Assembly (NCBI GenBank): GCA_965287045.1
Contig: OZ336882.1
Span: 19,592,001-19,656,000, forward strand
From: Carcharhinus amblyrhynchos
Taxonomy: Eukaryota
Direction: 5' to 3'
DNA: 64,000 nucleotides
Shown here: positions 36,957-47,378 of the stretch, piece by piece
Layout: each line of letters opens with the position of its first letter
How positions within the stretch are numbered: the stretch's first letter is position 1
Position numbers and translations under genes: made by a program
Notes under the pieces: model-generated
Databases searched by the model: none
What the model was told of the DNA's origin: nothing
The model's input: only the letters and a program-made list of their open reading frames with translations

Positions 36957-37139
36957 GAGTACTTCAATGGGATCTGGTCACACCTGGGGCTTCTAAGAAA
37001 AAGAAAGGGAATCACTCTCGTGAAATTCATTTGGGATATGCTGAGATCATTAAAGGCATTATGTAGATCTTGGTCTTTCTTTTCTTCTGTCAATACAAAA
37101 GGATCTTCACCATTCATTTTGTCTGTGTCATTCTGAGAT

Positions 37140-37700
37140 TGGAAATCGTGGAATCATTGAATGATTCTCCGAGAGAGCCAGGAGACCATTTGCCGCATCA
37201 AGTTTGTCAGCTCTTTGCAAGAGCAATCCAGGCGGACTTGCACCCTCATCCTTTTTCCAGAGCTGTGCGTTTTTTCCCCTTCGAGGACTCACCAAGCTAC
37301 CTTTTAAAAACCCTGATTTAACCTGGTTTCAAAAGCCCTCCCAAGTAGTGCATTACAGATCATAATGGCTTGCTGTGTAATTCATTTTTCCTCATGTTGC
37401 CTTTGCTTCTCTTGCCAATCACCTTACATTTGTGTTCTGGACACTAATGGGAACAGTTTTTCTCTGTCTGGACCTGTCATAACTTTAAAAATCCTCCATC
37501 TAATCACCTCTCAACTTCCTCTTCCCGAAGGAGAGCAGCCCAGCTTCTCCAATTTATCCTCATTACCGACATCCCTCACCTCTGGAACCGTTCCAGTAAA
37601 TCTTTTCAATAAAGCCACATCCTTTGTGAAGGGCGGTGCCTGGAATTGGACACAATAGCTGAACTGCTACTTTATGCAGATTCATTGTAATTTGCTCAAG
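37140..37700 (-). mobile_element. Old CR1 3' remnant
   Basis: Reverse-strand CVQFQAP..IYWNGSR..DKLEKLGCSPS and a CR1-type tail. Confidence 0.6.
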
Positions 37701-37820
37701 GCAAGTTCTGATGCTGTTTGGTGGGGGGGGGGTGGGTGCAAAAAGTTGTATCCCTCTCCGAGATCCCACCCACCCTGATCCAGATGCAATCGCTCATCGT
37801 GGGATAGGCTGAGACTCGAT

Positions 37821-37841
37821 GGGTGGTGGTGGTGGTGGTGG
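37821..37841 (+). repeat. (GGT)n microsatellite
   Basis: Directly visible. Confidence 0.9.
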
Positions 37842-37964
37842 ACCCATCCTTTCCCAAATTAAGATTCTAAAGTAGCTGACTGAATATCTGTTCCCATGCA
37901 GCCTCATTTTTTTAGGCTTGTGGGCGCAGGTCAGAGCAGGGTGGAAAACTGAAAAATCACGGGC

Positions 37965-38310
37965 ATAGAAACATTGACACTAGAAGGAGGAGTAGGCCAT
38001 TTGGCCCTTCAAGCCTGCTGTACCATTCATTTTGATCATGGCTGATCATTAAATTCAGTATCCTGATCCCCTCTTCCATATCTCTTGATCCCTAAGCTCT
38101 GTGTCTAATATCTTCTTGAGATCACATTTTGGCCTCAACTACCTTCTGTGGGAGTGAATTCCACAAATTCACCACTCTCTGGGTGAAGAAAATTCTCCTC
38201 GCCTCAGACCCCTAGTTCTGGATTCCCCCACCATCAGAAGCATTCATTCATTCTGAATCCACCCTACCTAATCCTGTTAGAATGTTATAAGGTTCAATGA
38301 CATCTCTGGG
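37965..38310 (-). mobile_element. CR1 3' fragment
   Basis: CATAGAAACAT..GGAGTAGGCCATTTGGCCCTTCAAGCCTG..GATCATGGCTGATC tail. Confidence 0.8.
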
Positions 38311-38874
38311 ATCTATAAAATAGCCCCCACCACCCCCTCCACTTCTGATTCCCCCGGGCTATCCCCGACACTCCCACCTTCAGGACTTACCTCAAGCGCA
38401 GTCCCAGGACGTAGGGTCAGGCACAGCAATGCAGTACTTCTTCTGGCCATTGTAGCACTGTGCCTGGAAAGGCTGGAGACCCATCGCTTGATCAGATTGG
38501 CCAACTTGGTGGGACTTCCTTCCAAAAGCAGATGGAAGCCCTGCCTACTGCCAATCAGTGCTCAACTGAATGTGAGAGGGGCCTGTCAGAGTCAGCAGGA
38601 ATGGCTTATTTTTCAATTCAGGATCATGTATGTTGTTTTAATTGTTTCTTCCTCGTGCCCAACCAACGTCAACAATTTGTGTGTACATAGCCTCAGGTCT
38701 CTCTGCTCCTGGATCCCCTTTAAATTGCACTCTGTATTCTGTGAGGCCTCGCCTCTTTCTTCCTACCAAAATTCATCACTGTGATCTTCTCTGCGTTATT
38801 TATCTGCAGTGTATCCGTCCATTCCAGCTGCCTGCCCAAGTTCTCTTTAAGCCCAGCACCACCACCCTCACTGA

Positions 38875-39008
38875 TATGATTTTGATTTATTATTGTCACG
38901 TGTACATAGTGAAAAATATTGTTTCTTGACGCGCTATACAGGCAAAGTATACCTTTCATTGAGAAAGAAAGGAGAGAGTGCAGAATGTAGTATTAGAGTC
39001 ATAGCTGT
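38875..39008 (-). mobile_element. Rex1/Babar-type 3' tail fragment
   Basis: GATTTTGATTTATTATTGTCAC.. is the reverse complement of the tails at ~10380 and ~20010. Confidence 0.65.
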
Positions 39009-39144
39009 TTACTACAGTGGGACAGGTGCTCAAGCTAGATTCAGAAACAAATGTGGGTCATTTGTCCCCAGTCCACAACAGCCATCCCTGTAGCCAGAAA
39101 TCAGAAGGAATATCAACAGAAATTCCACAACATGAAAGTATCAA

Positions 39145-39830
39145 GAACCCAGTCTACATCAACGGGGATGAATTGGAAATGGTTGAGAGCTTCAAGTTTT
39201 TAGGTGTCCAGATCACTAGCAACTTGTCCTGGTCCCTCCGTGTGGACGCTATAATTAAGAAAGTCGACCAACGCCTCTACTTTCTCAGATGGGTCAAGAA
39301 ATTCAGCATGTCCCGTACGACTCTCACCAATTTTTAAAGAAGCACAGCAGGAAGCATCCTGTCTGGATGTATCACAGCTTGGTATAGCTCCTGCTCTGAC
39401 CAAGACCGCAAGAAATTACAAACGGTCATGAACATCGCCCAGTTCATTACATAAATCAGCCTCCCACTCATTGATTCTGTCTATGCTTCCCACAGCCTCA
39501 AAAAAGCAGCCAGCATAATCAAGGATCCCACGTTCCCAGGACATACTGTCTTCCACATTTTCCTGTCGCAGTAAAGATACAAAGGTCTAAGATCACGCAC
39601 CAACCAACTCAAGAACAGTTTCTTCCCTGCTGCCATCAGACTTTTGAATGGACCTACCTTATATTAAGTTGATCTTTCTCCACACTCTAGCTATGACTGT
39701 AACACTACATCCTGCGCCTTCTCCTTTCCTTCTCTATGTACTGTAGGAACGATAAGCTTTGTATAACGTGCAAGGAATAATAATTTTCTCTATAAAACAA
39801 TAGATGTGTCAATAACAAATCAAGTCAAAG
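39145..39830 (+). mobile_element. Rex1/Babar-type LINE 3' portion
   Basis: PVYINGDELEMVESFKFLGVQITSNLSWS..QRLYFLR..TLTNF, plus 3' UTR. Confidence 0.88.
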
Positions 39831-41654
39831 ATAGAAGTCATGGCAAACAAAATTTAGGGTGGGGAGAATTGATATGTATCAGCTTCATCTACTTAATTCT
39901 TGCACCTAAGTGTGTAGCTTTTTGCATTAACATAGTCCTGTTAGCAGCAATTGGTGTTGAATTATAGGCAGCTCTGGGCTGTTCACACAAACCAAATGAC
40001 TTACCCAAACTCACATAGATTTGGATCTTCCCACCAAGCGGAGGAAGGCTGGATTTATATTTACCTTAGAACTAAACCACTCAGGTCTTGACTCCAACTG
40101 TATTCGATATTTGATGTCCTGAAGATTTTGGGAACCTGATGCCAATTAAAATCCTACCTTTTACATTGGAGCAAGGGACCGCATTAGAAATGCAGAATGT
40201 GCAATTCATTCCAGCTGGTTTGTGAATAATTCCTGAACACGGCTCTTTCCGTGGCTTTGGTGTCTAACCTGACTGTAGTGCAGTCTCCCTAATTTGACCT
40301 TTGTTTCAAGGGCACGCGTGCAAGATTAATAAATACCACAGTTCTGCTAGCAGTCACAGGGGTCTGGCAAAAAGGCTGTTGAAGCTGTCATTCCCACAGG
40401 GAGTCTTGGCTTCTACTCATTTTTAACGTAACCTTCTCTGCATTCTCGGGTGCCCTTGAGCACCCCGACTTGTATAATCTTTGACAGCTAGGAGCTCCTG
40501 TAATATTTTAGAGATCACAGCCTAGTGGGAAAATGTGACCGGCTGTTATAAAGCAATGAATTTTAAACCTGGATGGCGACAAATTCAGACTTTCAGTGAC
40601 AAATTGGAAGATTTTTTTTTTGACATCACGTATTCCATTATACGATCTTTCATTGATTTCTGGTTTATATTTTAATCAGTTTCTCTTAATGTGGAATTGT
40701 ATAAATGTTTTTTTTTAAATGTAGATCTCCACTTGCTTCCATAGTTTGAAGGGGGTTTAATAAGGTATGCCTTCCTTTTGCAAGCCTTGTTTGACTGAGC
40801 TGCAGCTCGAGTCAAAAGCAAATAGTGACTGAAGTGAATGATGGGGACTGACTGCCTCTGGCAGAATCTGCTAATCCATCAGTCCAGGATCTGTAACCTT
40901 TACGGCAGTCACAAGCCTGGATGTCAGTCATTGTTCTTTGCTTCAAGCTGTGAAACTGTTTGTCTTTCTCTGTTTTTTCTCTTGCGTGCAATTCACCACA
41001 CCCCCGCCTCCACCACCACCCCCCCCACCTCCTACCCCAAACAGCCACTGCCTTCCCACTCCCCCAACACACACACACACCTTCCGCATTTGTGATTGTC
41101 TCTCTACATTTTCGTCAGCCCTCCTGGTATCTGACCCAGAATCTCTTTTTTTTCTAACATATTTTGTTGGTGTCAAATTTTTATATAGAGGCATTTTCAA
41201 GTGACCCTACTTTAAAAAGGCAATAAGCAGTGCAATTATATCACTGCCAGAGTGATCAGGAAACAAAACTTCAGTGATAATTCATTCTTAGAACAGTAAA
41301 CGTAAATAAAACATGAGGTCCTCGTTTTACCTGGACCTGGTTCTGACATTGAGTATTCCACCAGGAATGAAGGTCCAGCGCTTGTAAAAGTGCCATCATG
41401 CCGGCACCGAGGACTCTCTACTTCTGTTCCTATCCGGAAGTCATTCATTAATTATAAGGGGTGTTCTGCTAAATGCACTTTCAAATGAAACAAATTCACT
41501 TTGTGATCCTTGTACAGTGGCAGGAGACAGCTTGGCGTATATTTAAGTGGAACAAGGAAAGACTTCCATTTGCTGTCGTAAATTGAAATTGACAATGATG
41601 TAAGAATGTTGACATCAGTCTGGAGTAAAGAACCTTTTTCGAATCAGATCTACT

Positions 41655-42152
41655 TTTCTTATTTATGGGGCATGGGCATCGCTGACTGGCCAGCATTTGT
41701 TGTCCATCCCTAGTTGCCCTTAGAGGGCAGTTGAGAGTCAACCACATTGCTGAGATTCTGGAGTCACATGCAGGCCAGATCAGGTAAGGACGGCAGATTT
41801 CCTCCCCTAAAGAGCATTCGTGAACCAGATGGGTTAAGTTGCCCATCAGTGTCAGGAGGATTAGCTAGGGTAAATGCATGGGGTTATGGGGATAGAGGCT
41901 GAGTGGGATTGTGGTCGGTGCTGACTCGATGGGCTGAACGGCCACTTTCTGCACTGTAGGATTCTATGATTCTATGATTTTCTACAATCGACAGTGGTTT
42001 CATGGTGATCAGTAGATTCTTAATTCCCAATTTTTAAAAATTGAATTCAAATTCTACCAGTTGCTATGGCGGGATTCGAATCCAAGCTCCCAGAACCTTG
42101 GCTGAGTTTCTGGATTAATAGTGTAGCAATAACACCGCTAGGCCAGTGCCTC
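41655..42152 (-). mobile_element. SINE-2 copy with an HE1 3' fragment (41836-41978, + strand) nested inside
   Basis: SINE-2 breaks at GAACCAGATGGGTT and resumes at TTTTCTACAATCG. The insert ends in ATTCTATGATTCTATGA. Confidence 0.85.
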
Positions 42153-43013
42153 CCCAATGCAGCCCCTGTTCCAGATCAACTCCAGTAGGAGGAGCGCCAA
42201 CAAATTTCTTCTCACCCAATTATCTCGTCTGCTCTCCCATCCATTTTTCCCCTTTGCAATATCATTTTCCAGGAGAGACGATTCTCCGGCCAGTCGTCTG
42301 TAAAGGGAGCTTCGCAAGTTGTGCAAGAATGCATTACCTTCTGATGGTTTCCCAGGGCAGCGAGCAGAGTAGCTTCCATGATGCAGAACCACCCCTTGCC
42401 CCATTGCCTGAAACAGAATGAGTTTTATAGGGGGAGGGTGGGGAGCAATTAGGGGAAATGCAGAACCCAGTTCTCACCTCGATCACATTCATTTTGTTTA
42501 GCGTTACCAATGAATGTGTACTTTATAAAATGCTGCTGTGAATTTACTGTACATACCTCTACCGGTCGCATTCATAATGTCTATTCCTCCACTGATCCAT
42601 TACGCACTGTTATCTTTGAGATGTTTCATGACCTGCTGTATGCCCAATGGGGAAATGTGTGCTCAGAGATCAGAAGACAGTCTATCTTTATTCAGCTGCT
42701 GTAATCCAACCGAGAAGCTCGGAAAATAATTCTGATCACCACCACAGCTCACCTTGCTCTCATGAATCAATTCCCTCTTACAGTGGGGACACTTACACAG
42801 CCTCTGACACCGGGATGGGGTGCCTAAGAGCAAAGAATGAGTTTTCAGCCGGTGTTAACCTATCAGCCACAGGTCCAAGATGTTTACTCCCAGACATAAC
42901 AGATTGTCTGCTTCTAGCCAATGTGCACTGTGTATAAATCATTTTCTATTTTTCTAGAATGGGGTATTGAGTTGGGTGTGTTGACTCAAGGCTATCGTTG
43001 TATTTTGTTACAG

Positions 43014-43090
43014 GCTACTGTGAATTGAAAACCTTCCAGCATACAAGAGTGTGGTTTGCTAACGGCTGATAGACGATTCCCTTGTGAAGT
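43014..43090 (+). other. TENM2: Probable 5' UTR part of the TENM2 first coding exon (candidate acceptor TTTTGTTACAG at 43013; alternative TTTTCTAG at 42957)
   Basis: Pyrimidine-rich tract plus AG upstream of the ATG; in-frame TGA at 43085-43087. The exon could instead extend further 5'. Confidence 0.4.
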
Positions 43091-43316
43091 ATGGATGTCA
43101 AAGACCGCAGGCACCGCTCCTTAACACGTGGCAGGTGTGTGAAAGAGTGTCGGTACACCAGCTCCTCACTGGACAGCGAAGAGTGCCGAGTGCCTACACA
43201 GAAATCCTATAGCTCGACTGAAACTCTGAAAGCGTATGATCATGATGCCAGACTACATTATGGCAGCCGTGTCACAGAGCTAGTCCACAGGGAATCAGAC
43301 GAGTTCTCCAGGCAAG
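43091..43316 (+). CDS. TENM2: Teneurin-2 first coding exon (N-terminal intracellular domain); 75 codons + 1 nt, phase-1 intron follows
   Basis: [75 protein letters not shown](G) closely matches the vertebrate TENM2 N-terminus. Strong Kozak AGTATGG; donor CAAG|GTAAAG. Confidence 0.96.
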
Positions 43317-43427
43317 GTAAAGGTGATTGAGTTTTTCATCTTATGCTGTAATCGAAGGAAAATTAAATATTAGAGAAATGTTCTCAAAAGTTCATCGCAC
43401 AACCTTGATCCTTTGTACACCGAGGCA

Positions 43428-44070
43428 TTTTTTTTCATTCGTATGGTTGGGGAAGCATTGGTAGTTCAATGCAGAGGTGAGGAATAAGTTCAGTGTCTTC
43501 AGCCGATGCAATAACATGAATGGCTGTGGTGTCGCTGGAAGTGGATCTTTCAGGGCGTGGGAAATGGGCTGACTTGACGGGCCACATTCCCAGTTTCAGC
43601 TGTCCTTTGTAGTCTGCTTGCAGAGCAAGTGTCCACATCTTCCTCGGTCCATGCGCAAGTAGTTGAGGGTTGTCCAGATTTTCTGCGGAAGATCGAAACC
43701 TGGGACTTCATCACTTTGGTCAGTTACCAGGTTCTGATCAGTGACATTTGCATTCATCCGGAGAATTCATTCAGAGAGGCAAGGGCTATGATCAGTTTGT
43801 GTGGTGTGTTCCAGTTGGGGCAACGGGGATTCAGACGCCGGCCTGAGTTGTTCTTGAGGTCCTGTGTCAATATGGCAGTTCCTTGCGGAGAATGCTTTAC
43901 CTGTGAATATGAGGAGGTTCAATGTGCGTGAGCACAGGAAGCCATTTGATGGGAATCTCAACATCCTAGAATCCTCTTGCCTTCCCAAAGATGTGTATCT
44001 GTAACATTTGTGGAACTGCCCCGGAAGCAGATGGAGCAGTAGGGCTTGGGCTGACAAGAGGGAATAAAGC
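43428..44070 (-). mobile_element. Vingi/Ingi-type LINE 3' remnant
   Basis: Reverse-strand motifs PIKWLPVLTHIEPPHIHR and VPGFDLPQKIWTTLNYLRMDRGRCGHLL..ECGPSSQPISH; 3' end CCATACGAATGAAAAAAA. Confidence 0.75.
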
Positions 44071-44399
44071 AGACTGAAATATAATGAGTATCTTATAACG
44101 ATAGAGAGCTGAAATATATAGTACACTATATCCTGAAACTGAATTTCAGGGGAAAGGATTCCTCAAATAACTGACAAAAATTTGCAGCAACATTTGTAAA
44201 TCAATCTATCATGAGAAATGTACGGTGTTTTCAAACCATTTCTGTACATCTGATGGAATTGTTGACTATCTGGAATGAGAATATAAAGACTGTGAACTTC
44301 TTCAATGAGTTTGCAGCCTCCAGATTACCCCAGTATTGACCAGTCCAGAGGGGAGATATATTCACATAAAGGGGAGCTTGTGCTCTATATTTTTTTCAA

Positions 44400-44697
44400 G
44401 ACAGAAGGAGGCCTTTTGGCCCATCAAGTCAGTACCGACTCTCTAACAGAGTACCTTACCCAGTTCCTCTCCCTGTAACTATACCCGTGGCTAATCCATC
44501 TAATTTACCTATCTTTGGGCACTAAGGGGTAATTTAGCATGGCCAGTCCACCCAACCTGTAATATCCTTGGACTGTGGGAGGAAACCCAGGCAGTCACAG
44601 GGAGAATGTGCAAACTCCCCACAGACAGTGACCCGAGGCTGGAATTGAACCTGGGTCCTTGGCGCTGTGAGGCAGCAGTGCTGACCACTGTGCCATT
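44400..44697 (-). mobile_element. HE1-like SINE, tail type A
   Basis: Reverse-strand head, core and tail. Confidence 0.85.
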
Positions 44698-44996
44698 CTA
44701 TGATGGTCATTGGGTGTCTGCCACATGGAAAACCAGCAGTTTCAAAGTAGTACCATGACACTGTGCCAGCAACCTATTTGGATTAGGAAATCAGCATTTA
44801 ACACAAATTACCTGCTCACCAAGTCAGCATGTCTTCACCCTGCAGGCATACTTTCCATGGGCTGCCAGTAAGTTGTAAGGGATTTTTTTTTGTTGTTTAG
44901 CTGGGAGTCTTGTTCTATCAGTTCCATAATTTGGACAAGAAGACAAACAAAAACTTCCACTATTAAATGAACTTTGAACCAGCAGATTGACAGCAG

Positions 44997-45460
44997 TAAC
45001 AAAACGCTGGAAAATCTCAGCAGGTCTGACAGCATCTGTGTGGAGGCAATAGAGCCAAAGTTTCAAGTCTGGATGACCTTTCGTCAGAACTGAGAGCAAA
45101 GAGAATCAGCAGAGATTTATATTGTGGGGGTGCGGTGGAGAATGTAAATGAGAGTGCAGAAGACTGAGAATGTGCTAAAAGTGTCCATAAAGTGATCAGA
45201 ATGTGTGAATGGCAAAGCAGAGATGCAGAGGTACAGATGGTTGAGGGACTACCTGGGGGTTTTGGCAGTTGCCTGAAAGAGGGTTGGGGGCTGGAGGGGA
45301 CACGGAGGAGAGCTGGAATGGAGAAGCGAGAAAGAAGGATGATGAGATTAAGTTAAATTTTTTTTAATGGAAATAGGGAGAAGGTGGAGGAGAGAGTTTG
45401 TGCTCTGAAGTTGTTGAACTCAATGATCACTCCAGAAGACTGTAAAGTGTCCAATCAGAC
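44997..45460 (-). mobile_element. Penelope-like element 3' remnant
   Basis: Reverse strand LDTLQSSGVIIEFNNFRA resembles the C-terminus after the GIY-YIG domain, followed by the terminal repeat ..CAGATGCTGTCAGACCTGCTGAG. Confidence 0.65.
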
Positions 45461-46194
45461 ATTGCTCCAGTTTTGTTAAGGTTTTTCGAATCCAGGTTTA
45501 CTTTTTTTTATTCATGGGAGACGGGGATTGGTTTTTAAAGTGGAGTCGGCAATAGGAGACCTGGATAAAATTGGGCTTCTGACTCCAAGCTATATCATAG
45601 AGACATATTGTTAAATGTCAATGCCCTAATTGGGCCAAGGATGGTTTCGGAACCCAGTTAGTGCTGTCGAACATTACCAGGAACTGGGGCCACCTGCACA
45701 GCATGAGTGGCAAAAGCAGATGGCATCCATGATGGGGGCTGCCACCGCCTAATAAAGGAGAAGTAGACCATGAGGGCCTGCAGTCTCATGGTGCACGTAA
45801 GCCACCAAAGGAGCCATTGAATGATGCTGCACCCAATCTGCTACAAAAATCCACAGTGCCAAAAGTTTATCTAATTAAAAAAAAATCACAGTTTGCTGCA
45901 TTCAGCCCAATAGCTGCACACCACAATGTTTGGATTTGCCAATTTATGATTTGAAAATCACCTTCTGGTCCACCCCAGTCCATTAACAAGCTCCTCAAGG
46001 AGCTTAATATGCCATTAATTAGAGGCGAGTGGGTTCCTAACTTGCTCACTCTGCCCCAGCCTTCGGTTTGAAAATTTCAGCACTTTCAAGAGACGCCAGG
46101 GCATTGATACATATCCAAGAGTATGCCCGCTTCAAAGCGCACCCACTCCTGTTCTGATCCCCAAAGGGTGTTTGAGAACCCTGTGGCCACTATG

Positions 46195-46515
46195 AGTCCA
46201 GAACTAAGGGGTCAAAATTTGTGGACAAGGGGTAAACCTTTTAGGACTGAGGTGAGGAGAAATTTCTTCCCCCAGAGAGTGTGAATCTGTGGAATTCACT
46301 ACCACAGAAAGTCGTTGAGGCCAAAACATTGTGTGATTTTAAGAGGAAATTAGATACAGCTCTTGGGACCAAATGGATCAAGGGATGTAGGGGGAAAAGG
46401 GGGGAAATCAGGAGATTGAATTTGATGATCAGCCATGATCAAAATGAAAGGTGACGGAGCAGGCTTGAAGGGCCGAATGGCCTACACCTACTTCTAGTTT
46501 CTATGCTTCTGTATA
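46195..46515 (+). mobile_element. CR1 3' fragment
   Basis: GAGTCCAGAACTAAGGGGTC..GACTGAGGTGAGGAGAAATTTC..GATCAGCCATGATC..GGCCTAC tail. Confidence 0.85.
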
Positions 46516-47074
46516 TTTTAATGTTCCTCTCAACTAGCTTCTCAACCTCACCGCACACAAAATACATTTCCTTTCTCTTCAGCACGGGAATCAGTTTTCC
46601 ATTATATAGTTTTCTCAATTTTTTTGAACACATTGACATGCGAAAGAGCTTTATTCCTAGATTTTAGCTTAATCATTGCAGTAGTATTAGACATTTTAAT
46701 GGTGTACCTAATGCTTCATTAAGAAGGAGCTCTCAAAGTGGTCTGGAAGCAATGTGAGAGCGGTTCAGAAATTGTTTGAGCAATTTGCTGTCATTTCCAT
46801 TAGACTCTATTGCCTCCCTAAGCAAAAATAAAAAATGAAGAAAGCCATTGGAAAGGGGAATTTGAAGCAAAGCATCAATTATTAAAATTCTATTAAAGTT
46901 AAGAAAGTAATGACAAGTGTGTGTTTGCAGTTCTTTTCCAGACACAACAGGTGAAGTTGCAGAAACGAGCCTTGTGATGGAGCAAATTAACTTTGTGTGG
47001 GGTTCTCCGTGTGAACTTTTCCCAAACAGTACAGATGCAATGAACAAAAATCATAAGATGCAACCCCCTTTCTC

Positions 47075-47378
47075 CTGGTGGCACAGTGGTTGGCATTGTT
47101 GCCTCACAGCACCAAGGACCCAGGTTCAATTCCTGCCTTGGGTGATTGTGTAGAGTTTGCACATTCTCCTTGTATTGGCATGGGTTTCCTCCAGTTTACT
47201 CCACCACTCCAATGATGTAAGGTTTGGTTGATTGCCCCTTAGATGTGTAGGGTAGATGGGTTAGCCATGGTAAATGCGTACAGAGTTACAGGGATAGGGT
47301 GAGGGAGGGGACCTGAGTAATTGGTGCAGATTTGATGGGTCAAATAGCCTCCTTCTGCACTGTGGGGATTCTATGGTA
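47075..47378 (+). mobile_element. HE1-like SINE, tail type A
   Basis: HE1 head, core and tail. Confidence 0.82.

Noticed and set aside
40812-41204. Overlapping Pro/Gly-rich ORFs
   Set aside because: Artefacts of the C-rich and (CA)n low-complexity tract.
43091-43330. Stand-alone 79-aa small protein
   Set aside because: It is the TENM2 exon read through its splice donor.
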